A stretch of DNA of 64,000 nt from Octopus vulgaris. Taxonomy: Eukaryota. The position numbers and the translations under genes were made by a program. Location of the stretch: NCBI GenBank assembly GCA_951406725.2, contig OX597816.1, positions 16,120,001 through 16,184,000 of the forward strand, in the 5' to 3' direction. Below are positions 26,682 through 38,730 of this stretch, in pieces (within the stretch, counting starts at the first letter, position 1; the number at the start of each line of letters is the position of its first letter). The notes beneath the pieces are model-generated. The model had not been told where the DNA came from. It saw only the letters and a program-made list of their open reading frames with translations, and did not search any database.

Positions 26682-27054
26682 GAAGGCGGCCAGCTGGCAG
26701 AAACGTTAGCACGCCGAGCGAAATGCGTAGCCGTCTTTCGTCTGCCGTTACGTTCTGAGTTCAAATTCTGCTGAGGTCGACTTTGCCTTTCATCCTTTCG
26801 GGGTCGATAAATTAAGTACCAGTTACGCACTGGAGTCAAAATAATCGACTTAATTCGTTTGTCTGTCCTCTCTGTGTTAAGCCTCTTGTGGGTAGTAACG
26901 AAATAGGTATTTCGCCTGCGGCAACATTCTGAGTTCAAATTCCGCCGAGGTCGACTTTACCTTTCATCCTTTCGGGGTCGATTAAATAAGTACCAGTTAC
27001 GCACTGGGGTCGATGTAATCGACTTAATCCGTTCTTGTGGGTAGTGAAGAAATA
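26682..27054 (+). mobile_element. SINE family A dimer with 16-bp TSD
   Basis: taaggttagtgacgac at 26666-26681 and 27055-27070; internal junction gaaata|ggtatttcg at ~26906. Confidence 0.9.
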
Positions 27055-27979
27055 TAAGGTTAGTGACGACAGTTAGGCCTAAGTCTCTGCTACTACTCGA
27101 CGCTACGAGGTCTACCGACGGTAGAGAATAATGATTGTTTGTGTATGTTCCCTTTTGCCAAAGTGGATGAGCTTACACACACATACGCACACACGTATGT
27201 ATAATGGCCAAAGAGTGACCATTGGTTTCCCACTTATAAGGCTCTTAACGGAATAGGTGACTCGTCAGACTCCATGGCCAGTGTATGTATCTCTGTGTGT
27301 GTGTGTCGATTACTGGGATGAAAGGCATTCCATCCGTGACCATCCTGTCTTAGTGGGTGCCTAAGACTACCTTATCAATTGGTGATTTACTTATGATAAT
27401 GGGCGTGATCTGAGGATCAAGTAACCACATACAAACTCCTCTTGTTTATTAATATTATTATCTTTGCTACTGTTTACTCCTGCCCCAAATGTTTCCTTTA
27501 AATTTTCCCAATACAACTATTGAATAGAATTGTCCCCTCTTCCAATTATAATCGCCGCCGCCACCGCAGTCGTGGGTCGCCCTGGTCGCCATCATGCTCC
27601 ATTGCTCCTCACGCATTTCCAGACGTCTCTTCTCCTCTCTGTACTAACCTTCGTCTCTCATTCTCCACTTTTTCTTTCCCACGAATTGGATGTTTTTTTT
27701 TCTCGTCACCATCGTCCTTATTATTGTGATTGCTATCGTTGTTGTTGTTGTTGTTGTTGTCGTCGGCGTCGTTCTGGTAATTGTTCAGTTTTATATCAAG
27801 AGTTGCTCGGTCGAACAGGTGAAGAGAAAGAACATGACAAAAAAACATAAGCAACAACAACAAAACAAACAAACAAACAAACAGAATCTGTCACATAGCT
27901 ACTTGATCCCTAAATCATACTCATCGCCACAAAGGTATTTCATCCATGTCCCCCACCCCTTCCTTCACCATTATCATAT

Positions 27980-28825
27980 ATCTAGGACTAACATTTTCTA
28001 GTATACCTTTACTTTTTAAACTGAGTGGATCTCGACTTGAGGAAGTTTTAGTTGCTATTTCCAGCTGGTCATTCGATGGCTCAATCAACTACTAAAGTTT
28101 TTTTTTTTTTACTACCCACATGGGGCTAAACACAGAGAGGACAAACAAGGACAGACAAACGGATTAAGTCGATTACATCGACCCCAGAGTTCAACTGGTA
28201 CTTGATTTATCGACCCCGAAAGGATGAAAGGCAAAGTCGACCTCTGCGGAATTTGAACTCAGAACGTAACGGCAGACAAAATACGGCTACGCATTTCGCA
28301 ATCTAGGACTAACTTTTTCTAGTATACCTTTACTTTTTAAACTGAATGGATCTTGACTTGAGGAAGTTTTAGTTGCTATTTCCAGCTGGTCATTCGATGG
28401 CTCAATCAACTACTAAAGTTTTTTTTTTTTTACTACCCATAAGGGGCTAAACACAGAGAGGACAAACAAGGACAGACAAACGGATTAAGTCGATTACATC
28501 GACCCCAGAGTTCAACTGGTACTTGATTTATCGACCCCGAAAGGATAAAAGGCAAAGTCGACTTCGGCGGAATATGAACTCAGAACGTAACGGCACGCGA
28601 AATATCTATTTCTTTACTCCCCACAAGGGGCTAAACACAGAGGGGACAAACAAGGACAGACAAACGGATTAAGTCGATTACATCGACCCCAGTGCGTAAC
28701 AGGTACTTTATTTATCGACCCCGAACGGATAAAAGACAAAGTCGACCTCGGCGGAATTTGAACTCAGAACGTAACGGCACGCGAAATACGGCTACGCATT
28801 TCGGCCGGCATGCTAACTTTTCTGC
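27980..28825 (-). repeat. Local ~321-bp tandem duplication including SINE A units
   Basis: atctaggactaac...gaggaagttttagttgctatttccagctgg... starts at 27980 and again at 28301. Confidence 0.85.
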
Positions 28826-28949
28826 ACAGCAGGGGTCTTTGCACCGGGCCGTGAATCATTTAGTACCGGGCCGCATAGAAAGAATGAGTTTTCGTAATAT
28901 TGTTATATTTAGGAACGGTCATTTTGCCAATAAACACTTGCGCTCTCTC

Positions 28950-29322
28950 TCTCTCTTTTACTTACTTCAGTCATTTGGCTGCGGCCATGCTGGAGCACCG
29001 CCTTTAGTCGAGAAAATCGACCCCAGGACTTATTCTTTGGAAACCTAGTACTTATTCTATCGGTCTCTTTTACCGAACCGCTAAGTTACGGGGACGTAAA
29101 CATACCACCATCGGTTGTCAAGCGATGTTGAGGGGACAAACACGGACACACGAACATATACACACACATACATATACATCTATACGACGGGCTTCTTTAA
29201 GTTTCCGTCTACCAAATCCACTGGCAAGGCTTTGATCGGCCCGAGGATATAGTAGAAGACACTTGCTCAAGGTGTCACGCAGTGGGAACGAACCCGGAAC
29301 CATGTGGTTGGTAAGCCACTCC
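28950..29322 (-). mobile_element. SINE family B
   Basis: Match to the family consensus. Confidence 0.8.
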
Positions 29323-30070
29323 AGCTTTATTATAATTATTAGTTATTGTAAAGTCGGCAAGCTGGCAGAATCGTTAGCACCCTGGGCAAAATGCTTAGCG
29401 CAGTTCGTCCGTCTTTAGGCTCTGAGTTCAAATTCCGCCGAGGTCAACTTTGCATTTCATCCTTTCGGGGTCGATAAAATAAGCACCAGCTGAGCAATGG
29501 GATCGATGTAACCGGCTTAGCCCCTCCGCCCGAAATCACTGATCTTATACCAAAACTTAAAACCACTATTTGTTAGTTTCTTTATGAGAGTTCTTTTGTT
29601 ATACATTATGTGACCTCTTCAATGACTATCAGTTCTTCATTTCTGTGTCGCTTCTTCTTGCAGGCTTTATCCTGTTTAATATATCTTGTTTTTCTGTGGC
29701 AAGCATCACCATTTGCAAGTAGTAAACAGGACATGACCAGAAAGAAGAGGAGATACAGAAAACAACTGATAGTCATTGAAAAGGTCACAGAATATGAGAC
29801 AGAAGAACTCCGAAAAAAATATACAATAACTCCTAATAAAACAGGGCAGACCAGATAAACAGTGCGTGTGTTTATTGGCAAAATGACCAACTATAACAAT
29901 ATCTGTCTCAACACACGATTTCATATCATGAATCTTTGCAAAACAAATACATAAATATACTAAAATTTTATTTCTGTTTTATTGACTATCGTAGTCTGCA
30001 GGGTGTTTTTGCATTATAGATGTAAGAGATATGTATCATATATGCAATGATTGAATTGTTATTATGCATT

Positions 30071-30447
30071 TTATTACCTCCGCCTTAGCTAAGGCGGAGG
30101 TATTGTTTTCAGTCGTGTTTGTTTGTTTGTTTGTCTGTGGACCAGATATCTCAAGAACCGCTGGATGGTTTCAGATGAAACTTTCAGGGATGTTTGGCCT
30201 CGTGACTGGCATGAACTGATTAGATTTTGGGATCGATCCGGTATCAGACAAAGATTCCGGACTATTTTTCCGTTTTTTTTTTTAAACTTAATTTTTGAGA
30301 GCAGTCGGGTTAATTTTTAGTATTCTCGTTTGGGAGAGCATTCGAGTTCATTTCAGATATTCTCATTTTAAGAATCATCTCTGGCTAATCGTCGAGTGGA
30401 CGTAGGTGTTGCTTTGGCAGAGGTTTGCGCTCCCTGAGGGATCTTGC
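30071..30447 (+). mobile_element. Helentron-associated non-autonomous element (HINE/DINE-1-like)
   Basis: ttattacctccgcc...ggcggaggt subterminal palindrome, (GTTT)n/GTCT tract, and 3' ttggcagaggtttgcgctc.ctgag. Confidence 0.75.
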
Positions 30448-30783
30448 TATGGTTTGGTATGCTTCGGCTTCCCTGGTCCGTGGAAAAATCGTCTTGCACG
30501 AAACTAGTCCATGATGCAAAACGGATTGGGGGTCACTGTGATGTTGACACAGGCGTGGCTGTGTGGTAAGAACTTTGGTTCCCAACCACTAAGTCCTGGG
30601 TTCAATCTCACTGCGTGGAATCATGGTCAAGTGCCTTTAACTCTTGTGCCGGGCCGACCAAAGCCTTGAGACTGGATTTGGTAGACGGAAACTGAAAGAA
30701 ACACGCCGTGTGTTTCCTGTAATAATATTGTATGTGACTTGAGATGTTTGCCTTGCCTTAATGTTTGACGTCCTGTTTAACAA

Positions 30784-30858
<75 letters not shown>

Positions 30859-31600
30859 AAAAGCAATTAAGATTCAAGTCAGTTCTATTGAATTCACTTG
30901 AATGCGGTACTTAACTTAGATGCACCAGAAAACTATATGGTATTAACCATACAATAATGTGGGGTGATTATAAACGAGAAAAAAGCAACAAGAATTATAA
31001 AGGAGAACATTATTTTTGACCAGTATACAGCTACTAATTGCCAATCCGACGGAGCTAAAGCAGATATAAGAATCTAAAGAGAACAAGGGAAGGGATAAAG
31101 GGGTCAAAGGCTATCATTAGAGGAAAATACATTAAGAGAAATAAGTGCAATACTAGAAGGAGGTCATTTAATTAATTAATTTATTATTGTTACTGTTTAT
31201 ACAATGAACAGACTGTAGGTCTATACCTAGAGGTCATTTACAAGGTGTGAGAGAATTGCTTATCATATTGAAATTTCTTATACTACTTTTAAGGGAGTAG
31301 CATTACTTATTTAACTTTATAATAGAATTATGAAGTATTAGTAACTTATTTGATTTAAGTTGTGTTACCTAAATTAGATTAAAATTAGATTAAATTAAAT
31401 TAACTATATAGTCAATTAAACTTTTTTAGGCAACGTACAAATACTATTTATTTCTTTATGTTCAAAATCAGGTGCAGCTAGAAAGAAAGAAATAACCATA
31501 GTGTAAGAGCTCGCAGTTATCTATTAAAAAAATATTAGAGTTTTGCTTTACTAGTAAAAGCAAGATAGATCTATCTCCATACGATTATTCTATACGGTTT

Positions 31601-32074
31601 TTATTTAAAATATTTTAGAGTCTTCATTTTTGCGTGAATACAAGATTGACCCAGTTCTATATGGTTATTTAACAAATTCCTATTTTTTCTATGCATTAGA
31701 ATTTCATACGTCTCCATGGAGCAGAGTTGGCAACCAACCCTGTTATTTTTATAAGGCATTGCTCTTCTAACTATTTCCCAATTAAGGTTATATTTAATAT
31801 TATTATTTTTGAGTTCCCAAATCTTACTTGAAAGTGTGGTGGTACCAGCTTTATGACGTAACTTAAAAGAGGAGATATGATTGCTAATTCTTTTCCTAAA
31901 ATTTACAGTACAACCTAAATAAAGAAATTTGCTATTCTCAGTAGTTATGGTACATTTATAGATTACGTTACTTACCCCGCACAGACCAGGTGCCGGGCAT
32001 TTTGACCTAATTCTACAATTACACGTAGGGGGATCATCTTCAGATGTTGGATTATTTATGGATAGATGTCTCAT
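31601..32074 (-). CDS. Penelope-like element C-terminal GIY-YIG endonuclease (5'-truncated; frame stays open to the inversion junction at ~32240)
   Basis: CNCR..CP..G.C...VIY.C......YLG.T.NFRKR..NH..SF...T.LS..IWELK...W.I.....Y....C.LC..E...LLN...C.H, a PLE GIY-YIG domain with Cys motifs. Confidence 0.85.
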   Translation of the reverse strand: MRHLSINNPTSEDDPPTCNCRIRSKCPAPGLCGVSNVIYKCTITTENSKFLYLGCTVNFRKRISNHISSFKLRHKAGTTTLSSKIWELKNNNIKYNLNWEIVRRAMPYKNNRVGCQLCSMETYEILMHRKNRNLLNNHIELGQSCIHAKMKTLKYFK

Positions 32075-33403
32075 GTTCTTGTTATTCTGATTATCATGAG
32101 TATATTTATCGTTATTATTATTATTATTATTATAGTTAATGTTGTTATCTAAAGCAGTGTTATCATTTATCGATCCTTTTACACTATCATTTAGTTCTAA
32201 AGTCCTACCATGTAATGGTAAGTAATCATGTTGTCGTATACAATCTTGTATTCACGCAAAAATGAAGACTAAAATATTTTAAATAAAAACCGTATAGAAT
32301 AATTGTATGGAGATAGATCTATCTTGCTTTTACTAGTAAAGCAAAACTCTAATATTTTTTAAATAGATAACTGCGAGCTCTTACACTATGGTTATTTCTT
32401 TCTTTCTAACTGCACCTGATTTTGAACATAAAGAAATAAAATAGTATTTGTACGTTGCCTAAAAAAGTTTAATTGACTATATAGTTAATTTAATTTAATC
32501 TAATTTTAATCTAATTTAGGTAACACAACTTAAATCAAATAAGTTACTAATACTTCATAATTCTATTATAAAGTTAAATAAGTAATGCTACTCCCTTAAA
32601 AGTAGTATAAGAAATTTCAATATGATAAGCAATTCTCTCACACCTTGTAAATGACCTCTAGGTATAGACCTACAGTCTGTTCATTGTATAAACAGTAACA
32701 ATAATAAATTAATTAATTAAATGACCTCCTTCTAGTATTGCACTTATTTCTCTTAATGTATTTTCCTCTAATGATAGCCTTTGACCCCTCTATCCCTTCC
32801 CTTGTTCTCTTTAGATTCTTATATCTGCTTTAGCTCCGTCGGATTGGCAATTAGTAGCTGTATACTGGTCAAAAATAATGTTCTCCTTTATAATTCTTAG
32901 ATTCCTGCAAATTCTAAGCCAGACTGTCTGTCTCCACAGAAAGAGACTTTTCTGTGTAGGTGGGTACCTGCGACCCCTTCCCTCTCAGTTATCCCAGTAT
33001 GCTCTATGTGGGCGGTTTTTCTTTTTGTTTTCTTTGCTCCACAAAATTCCTTCAGCCTTTAAAATTCTAACATAGCAGTTTTGTGAAATGAACAGAGGTG
33101 TGACAAGTATCTTATCATATAGCAGGAAATTATACCCACCTTATTGTGGATTAATCATGGATAGATTCATCGTCTGTGAGTATGAAATATCTCCTCATAT
33201 CTCCGGTAATTTGTACCTACATTATGGATTGATTTACCTTCTCTGTGAAGCTAACAAGCATTTTTAAAACCTGTTATAAGAATGTGCATCATCATTTGAG
33301 AACTTTGGAAGTCTGCTTACAACCTAAATTTGCTTTTTATAGAACTATCTCCGATACTTCATGAGTGTAGCCTCACCCACTAGGATGCTTGGAGAACTCA
33401 TAT

Positions 33404-33500
33404 GTGTTTTGGCTGATGAGTACGGGACACTTGTATTTGCTGCAATATTTGCAGCTTTTAATAAAGCTTGTCTTTGTACGAAACAATTGTACTGAAAAAC
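33404..33500 (+). ncRNA. Type I hammerhead ribozyme in Penelope pLTR
   Basis: gtgttttgg-CTGATGA(33413-19)-gtac...gtac-GAAA-caattg-TA^ctgaaaaac; all core nucleotides present. Confidence 0.75.
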
Positions 33501-33526
33501 TAATCCATTCTTGTTGCTTTTTTCTC

Positions 33527-33569
<43 letters not shown>

Positions 33570-33946
33570 GTATAATGTGTGTATGTGCGCGCGCGCGAGT
33601 GTCCTACAGCCGTTTTACAGCCAGTGATGGTGTGTTTACGTCCCTATAACTTAGCGTTTTGGCACAAAGGTCGATAAAATACCAGGATAAATAATAAAAT
33701 GGATGAGAGGGAAATATCACGGGGATGTCTTCTGCATACTAAATATAAGCAAAGTTAGGCCCCTTACCTATGTAATATACTGAAGCGAAAAATTTCTATC
33801 ATTCCAGATAATTTAGACGATTAGTAGAAAAAACTCCCTGTGAGTGTATTAAGAAATCTAAATAAGTGGATTTTTGTAAGGGAGGTAACTCTAATATGGA
33901 ATTTATAAGAATTATTTTCCGTGTTGGTTGTGCTAGAATTACGTAT

Positions 33947-34326
33947 CCGGAGGCGCAATGGCCCAGTAGTTAAGGCAGCGGACTCGCGGTCATAGGATCG
34001 CGGTTTCGATTCCCAGACCGGACGTTGTGAGTGTTTATTGAGCGAAAACACCTAAAGCTCCACGAGGCTCCGGCAGGGGATGGTGGTGATTCCTGCTGTA
34101 CTCTTTCACCACAACTTTCTCTCACTCTTCCTGTTTCTGTTGTACCTGTATTTCAAAGGGCCGGCCTTGTCACTCTCTGTGTCACGCTGAATATCCCCGA
34201 GAACTACGTTAAGGGTACACGTGTCTGTGGAGTGCTCAGCCACTTACACGTTAATTTCACGAGCATGCTGTTCCGTTAATTCGGATCAACCGGAACCCTC
34301 GTCGTCGTAACCGACGGAGTGCTTCC
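33947..34326 (+). mobile_element. SINE family C with tail type 2 and 12-bp TSD
   Basis: tRNA-Arg-like head; TSD agaattacgtat at 33935-33946 and 34327-34338. Confidence 0.9.
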
Positions 34327-34360
34327 AGAATTACGTATGTTACGGGGAAAATTTTGTCTA

Positions 34361-35543
34361 TATACAGACATGACAGAAGTAAATACACACCCTTGTACTC
34401 GTTAAAATTAATTTAAATCTGAAATCATACATTCAAATTATTAATTAATTATTATAATGTGAATATCTAATATTTAGCAGACATGCCCTTCCTTTACATT
34501 TTTCAGTGCAAGGATCCTATTTGGAACGTTACTGATCAGATGACGAATATTCCCCTGAGGAGTTTCTTGCCAAGTTCCATGCAGTAATCTCAAAAGATCT
34601 GGCTTTGAGTATGATTTGTTGCTCTTTTTATGAATTGTTCCATTCATTATGACGCAGAAGTGTCCAATAGGTTTCATATCTGGTGACTGGCTTGGCTACG
34701 GAAGCTTTTTTAATGCCATTCTCTTCCAGTCAACCTTGGGTCTTTTTAGCCGTATGACAAGGAGCCCCATCTTTCATAAATAAAGAGTCTTCTTTAAAAT
34801 CATTTCACCACTTGAAAAGATCGGAAGGAGTCCTTTCTGCAATATGGACACATATTTATCTGAGGTTTATGCTTCCCTCACACTTCACCAGCTCTGATCG
34901 ACCATTGCTCCTCAGACTGTATTCCATTGTTGGTTGCAATCTTTTCACGTCAAATTCTTGATCACACTCGACCACTGTCAGAAAATACAGCAAATTTGGA
35001 CTCATTAGAGAATATGAGAGTGGCCTCTCCACCATCTCACTGGCCAGATCTTTTCTCTATTTGATATTGGCTGGTCGAAGAAGTGGCTTCCTTCTTGCTG
35101 CTCTGTCATAGTAGCCAAGCTTGTGGAGATACTGGACAGCTGTTCGGGTATTGTTATGTCAGAAGCCCTGCAACGAGGATTATCCTCCACACTTCACTTA
35201 ACAAAGAGAAGGGTCCTGTCAGAGAGCCCTGGTCGAGGTAATGTGAACTCCTTGCTCTCCCTGGTGAATTGCACAATCACTCTACTAACTGTAGAAAGTG
35301 GGATCCCAAGGTTTTCTGCGATTTTACTCTGACTAGGTGCACCTTCAGATTGACTCACAATACGACCTCTTTGACATTCGGACAGTCCCAAGCCGTCTTT
35401 TGTATGTGGCATGATTAAACAGTCACATATAGAAGCTAAAATATAAACATATCAAGTAATAAAAGATACAAACTTTTTCAAGTTAAAACAAACATAAGAT
35501 GATGTTTTATGGGGTGTCTATTTACTTTTGTCATGTCTGAGTG
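34361..35543 (-). mobile_element. Tc1-like transposon, degenerate, with both TIRs
   Basis: TIR cagacatgaca(g/a)aagtaaata(c/g)acaccc at both ends with flanking TA. Broken transposase: [10 protein letters not shown]...[42 protein letters not shown]. Confidence 0.85.
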
Positions 35544-35544
35544 T

Positions 35545-35943
35545 ATTCTTTTCAATTCTAGGCAAAAGGCCCGAAATTTGGGGGGGGGGGGGAGGGAGAG
35601 TCAATTAGATCGACCCCAATACACAACTGATACTTAATTTATCGACCCCGAAAAGATGAAAGGCAAAATCGACCTTGGCGGAATTTAAACTCAGAACGTA
35701 AAGACAGACGAAATATCTATTTTTTTACTACCCACGAGGGGCTAAACACAGAGAAGACAAACAAGGACAGACAAACGGATTAAGTCGATTATATCGACCC
35801 CAGTGCGTAACTGGTACTTATTTAATCGACCCCGAAAGGATGAAAGGCAAAGTGGATCTCGGCGGAATTTGAACTCAGAACGTAGCTGCAGACGAAATAC
35901 AGTTAAGCATTTCGCCCGGTGTGCTAACGTTTCTGCCAGCTCT
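35545..35943 (-). mobile_element. SINE family A dimer (mixed tail types)
   Basis: Junction gacgaaatatctattt at ~35707. Confidence 0.8.
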
Positions 35944-36288
35944 GGGGGGAAGAGGTGGTTCACGTTAGCCTGGCCTCTATCCTTTGGTCGGTCCGAGGCT
36001 ATAGTAGAAGGCACTTGTCCAAAGTACTTTGCAATGGAACTGAACCCTGAACCAAATGGTTTGGGAAGTAGACTTCTTACTGCACAGCCACGCCTGCACT
36101 TATATGGACAATGTCATCACACAGCAATGTTGTAAAGTTTGCAATCTTTCCTGGAAGAAAAGCATAAACTGAAATAGCTTCAATGGATTATTGAAACAGA
36201 CTCGTGAACATGATTCATCTGGGGTTTAACACAACACTGGCTGTCTTTTAAAATCTTTCCTGCGACTGCAGTAGCCTTTCTTTCTTTC

Positions 36289-36347
<59 letters not shown>

Positions 36348-37016
36348 TCCTTCCTTTCTTTCTTCCACCATGAATGAAAACAAGCTCGCTAGCTGCGAAT
36401 CGTGCCGTTTACCACTTGCAACAGAATGCTTAAGAAAATACGTTAACAATTGTGACCTCTGTGAATGATGCCGCTATGCAGTCACACAAGCAGCTAGAAA
36501 TAACAGTTAAATCTTGCTAAGACCACGTCCTACCATCTTAAATAAAATAAAAAAACTACATTGCACAAAGTAGTCCGATAAATATATGTATACATATACA
36601 TATCTTACATGTGCGCGTGTTTTTATTTTTTAATTTTTCTTTACTTTAATGAAAATTCTTCTTGAGTGAGTTGAAGTCGGTTGCTAACAAAGCAACAAGA
36701 TTTTTTTGACTCAAGCAAGTTAGTAAATCTGTGGTTGAGTTGGTGTGTTGGTTGAATTATCGATGCCTACACCCAAGTGTGTGCGTCTATTCACCTAAGA
36801 ATCTCACATGGAGAATTTCTGGAATATCCATGTCTGTCTGTGTGTTTGTTTTCTTTTATTTGTTTGTTTCAGTCACCGGATTGAGTTTTTTTTTTTTAAA
36901 GCCTGTTACTTATTCTATAGATCTCTTTTTGCTGAACCGATAAGTTACGAGGACGCAAACAAACCAACACCGGTTGTGAAGCGATAATGACACACAGACA
37001 GATAGATATATAGATA

Positions 37017-37668
37017 TGTTTCTTTATTAGCCACACAGGGCTGAACACTGAGGGGACAAATAACAAAGTAGAGCTTTTCTTTTGAGGGAGAAAAGAAAAG
37101 AAGAAAAAAGGTGGGGGTAGGTTTTCGATCAAAAGGAATCGCAAAGAAAAAAAACGATCAATAGGGATTGTGTATAACAGAAATGTCATGATGTAAAGTG
37201 TAAAGGGGGAGACAGATAAGGTTTATTCGTGGAATGAAAAGCCTACGGAAAAACCACGCTAACCTCGGTCAATAAAGTCACACGTTAACACATTTATTTG
37301 CAAGTAAGTAACTCTCTGTTTTAAATTTTTCCGGGTTCATAGGATTATGCTGAAGGTGGCTTCGTCATTTATATGTGCCATCCTTGCTACCTTCACCCAT
37401 CTTTTTTTGAAACATTCACTAGACAAAACTTGCCTCTCTACTCTCTCTTACCTTTTCAAGAGATACTTGAAGAAGTTGATGAGAGATTGACCAGAGAGGA
37501 AAGAGTTTGTCTCCAATCCTTTCAGACGTGTCCACCAGATACATTCTTTCGCCATAGCCACATGTATGATGAAAATAGCTCTTCCTTCCCGTTTGAAGGA
37601 AGGAGGCGTGACGATATTGACGATAGACTCGGCTGATAAACCAACTCGTCCCACACGTAACAGCAGTC
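37017..37668 (-). mobile_element. L1/Tx1-type LINE 3' end (ORF2 C-terminus plus 3' UTR)
   Basis: RVGLSAESIVNIVTPPSFKREGRAIFIIHVAMAKECIWWTRLKG...LINFFKYLLKR...ERQVLSSECFKKRW; the UTR ends ttcagccctgtgtggctaataaagaaa. Clade assignment is from motif memory. Confidence 0.65.
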
Positions 37669-37707
37669 GAAATAGACATATATATATATAGAAAGATAGA
37701 TAGATAA

Positions 37708-37746
<39 letters not shown>

Positions 37747-38642
37747 TGCTTTAAGTTTCCGTTTAAAAATGCCATTAACAAGGCATTTGTCGGCCCGGAC
37801 TATTGCTGAAAACATTGCTCAAGACCGCGCAGTGGGACTGAACCCGAGACCATGTGACTGCAATGCGAGATTCTTAACCACACAACTATGCCAGACCAGG
37901 GCTACTTTTCGTTTGAATACGACTTCCGTGTGGAAATCCTTTATTTAGATGCACCTGATAGTCATATGTTTCAGTACGGATAAGGAAAACGAAATTTCTA
38001 CCTTAATCATCAACCACTGTAAACCGCCCTTTAAATAGCACTTCATACGTTTAATACACTATAATTTAGCCTACTGACTAGTGTTTCACTTCTGTCTAAT
38101 AATACATATAAATACGACCATTGTCTTCCCCTCCTTATAAATTTGCAATCTTTCATAAGGTGACGAATTGGTTGAGACGTTAGAGTATTGGATTTATCTC
38201 TTTGCAGATTTTTGTTCTGGATTTCGGCATTTTGAGTTCAAATGCTGCAGAAGTCAACTCTTTGGGTTTTTTTAATATTAATATTATCCGGATCGTTAAG
38301 ATAAAGTACCAATCCTGACAGAGGATCAATAAAATTGTTAGAGCATCAGTTAGTATGTTTTGTGACATTTGTGCCGGATTTCTGCGTTTTGAGTTCAAAT
38401 CCGGCTGAGTCAACCTTGTTTTGTTTTTTAATATCTTCCAAGGCGATAAGGTAAAGTACACATCCTGGTAGTGGATTAACGAATTGTTTTTATCTCTTGG
38501 TCAGAGGAGAAGGGCAGAGCTCCCAACTGACCACTTATCCAGGAAGTTAGGAGGAAGGGTGAAATTATCCTTAGACCGAACTCCTGACCCGAATATTTGA
38601 ATGGATAGCAGACTTGTCGAATGAAAGGTCACCTATGTCCGG

Positions 38643-38730
38643 TATTGCCATATCACATAGAAAACATTACTGGTCCCATCACCGAAGTTAGACAACATCG
38701 TGCCAAGTCAGCACTTAGATGGGTGACCGA
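38643..38730 (+). pseudogene. Degenerate partial 5S rRNA-derived sequence
   Basis: gccatatcac...atcaccgaagttagacaacatcgtgcc..gtcagcacttagatgggtgaccg aligns to the 5S copy at 58.3 kb. Confidence 0.65.

Larger units (their letters stand above)
30855..33528. mobile_element. Penelope-like element with inverted pseudo-LTR arrangement, embedded in (TA)n
   Basis: Near-identical inverted arms 30990-31648 and 32241-32898 flanking a GIY-YIG ORF; hammerhead at 33404-33500; (TA)n on both sides. Confidence 0.85.

Noticed and set aside
29610-29858. 82-aa ORF with a hydrophobic N-terminus and a basic stretch
   Set aside because: No recognisable family; lies among repeats and lacks supporting splice structure.
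33949-34022. tRNA-Arg(TCG)-like sequence as a tRNA gene
   Set aside because: It is the head of a SINE bounded by a TSD, and the acceptor stem does not pair properly.
36370-36468. 32-aa ORF MNENKLASCESC...CDLCE with ccaccATG context and two CxxC motifs
   Set aside because: Very short, with no recognisable homology or gene context; plausible by chance.
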